In this document: in pieces, positions 26,138 through 26,557 of the stretch
Numbering within the stretch: position 1 is the stretch's first letter
Layout of the letters: every line of letters starts with the position of its first letter
Virus record (IMG/VR): IMGVR_UViG_3300033997_000166
Coordinates: 1 to 26,557 of that record
DNA: 26,557 nucleotides
Source of the DNA: a virus
Lineage: Duplodnaviria; Caudoviricetes
Reading direction: 5' to 3' (one strand)
The notes under the pieces: generated by a model
What the model was told of the DNA's origin: nothing
Seen by the model: the letters and a program-made list of their open reading frames with translations, nothing else
Database searches by the model: none
Program-made: the position numbers and the translations under genes

Positions 26138-26557
26138 GGCTTGGCTCCTTCCAGGGCTGCTCCGATGATCCTTTCGATTTCGTCGCAGTGCTCGTAGATG
26201 TCATTCGGGTGGCAGCCGTTATTCAAGCCGCTGACCATGTTCACGAGATCGCGGGTAAGTGGGCGGAGATTCCCGTCTACCTCAGCTTGAACGGCATGTA
26301 GAGCTCCCCGCAGCGCATCGTTCTGCGCCCTCAGCCGGTCGCGCTCTTCGGCTCTACGCTTGGCGGCCTCGCGCCAATACCCACATCCGCCCGGATGCTC
26401 GGTGCATGCGGATAACTCGTCGTTCAGCCCGTCGATCTCGTCCAGCAGGGCGAGGATGGTGTTAGGATCAGTCGCGCAAAGGAACTCTGCATCTGCCATC
26501 ACAGACGGTCCTGACATTGCGCCGCTGACTGTGCAGATGATCATTCCATTCCCGGCG
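26134..26557 (-). CDS. Ead/Ea22-like early protein, probably 5'-partial
   Basis: DAEFLCATDPNTILALLDEI motif; frame stays open to the window edge. Confidence 0.7.
   Translation of the reverse strand, partial: AGNGMIICTVSGAMSGPSVMADAEFLCATDPNTILALLDEIDGLNDELSACTEHPGGCGYWREAAKRRAEERDRLRAQNDALRGALHAVQAEVDGNLRPLTRDLVNMVSGLNNGCHPNDIYEHCDEIERIIGAALEGAKP

Noticed and set aside
1-26557. tRNA genes, CRISPR arrays, IS elements, introns/inteins, DGR repeats
   Set aside because: None recognised by eye; terL and dnaB are of normal length and uninterrupted. Short RNA genes could have been missed without a covariance search.

Overview
The whole window is phage DNA. It reads as a lambdoid, P22-like podophage; a Pseudomonas host is inferred from GC-rich codon usage and gene style. 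From left to right it contains a structured leftward leader with a boxA-like site, back-to-back PL/PR-like promoters, a cro-like gene, an O-like initiator with internal iterons and a DnaB-like helicase. Next come a nin region (large SAM-dependent DNA methyltransferase, ninB, ninG), Q with a pR'/tR' late control region, and a holin/SAR endolysin/Rz/Rz1 lysis cassette. The virion module follows: terminase, portal, scaffold, coat, P22 gp4/gp10-like tail proteins, a GNAT protein, three ejection proteins and a tailspike. The window ends in the distal part of the convergent early-left operon. The most striking point is what is missing. No cI lies between PL and PR, whose -35 boxes are only 5 bp apart, and no recognisable cII follows cro. 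No integrase or attP lies between the tailspike and an apparently truncated excisionase (26 bp gap). This suggests a temperate skeleton stripped of lysogeny functions at both canonical sites. Other candidates for follow-up are a motif shared by PL and pR', an uncalled 42-aa antisense membrane peptide before the tailspike, gene cassettes flanked by boundary repeats, a self-cleaving chaperone domain on an ejection protein, and a 3-codon minigene. All product calls come from motifs and synteny read by eye; no searches were run.
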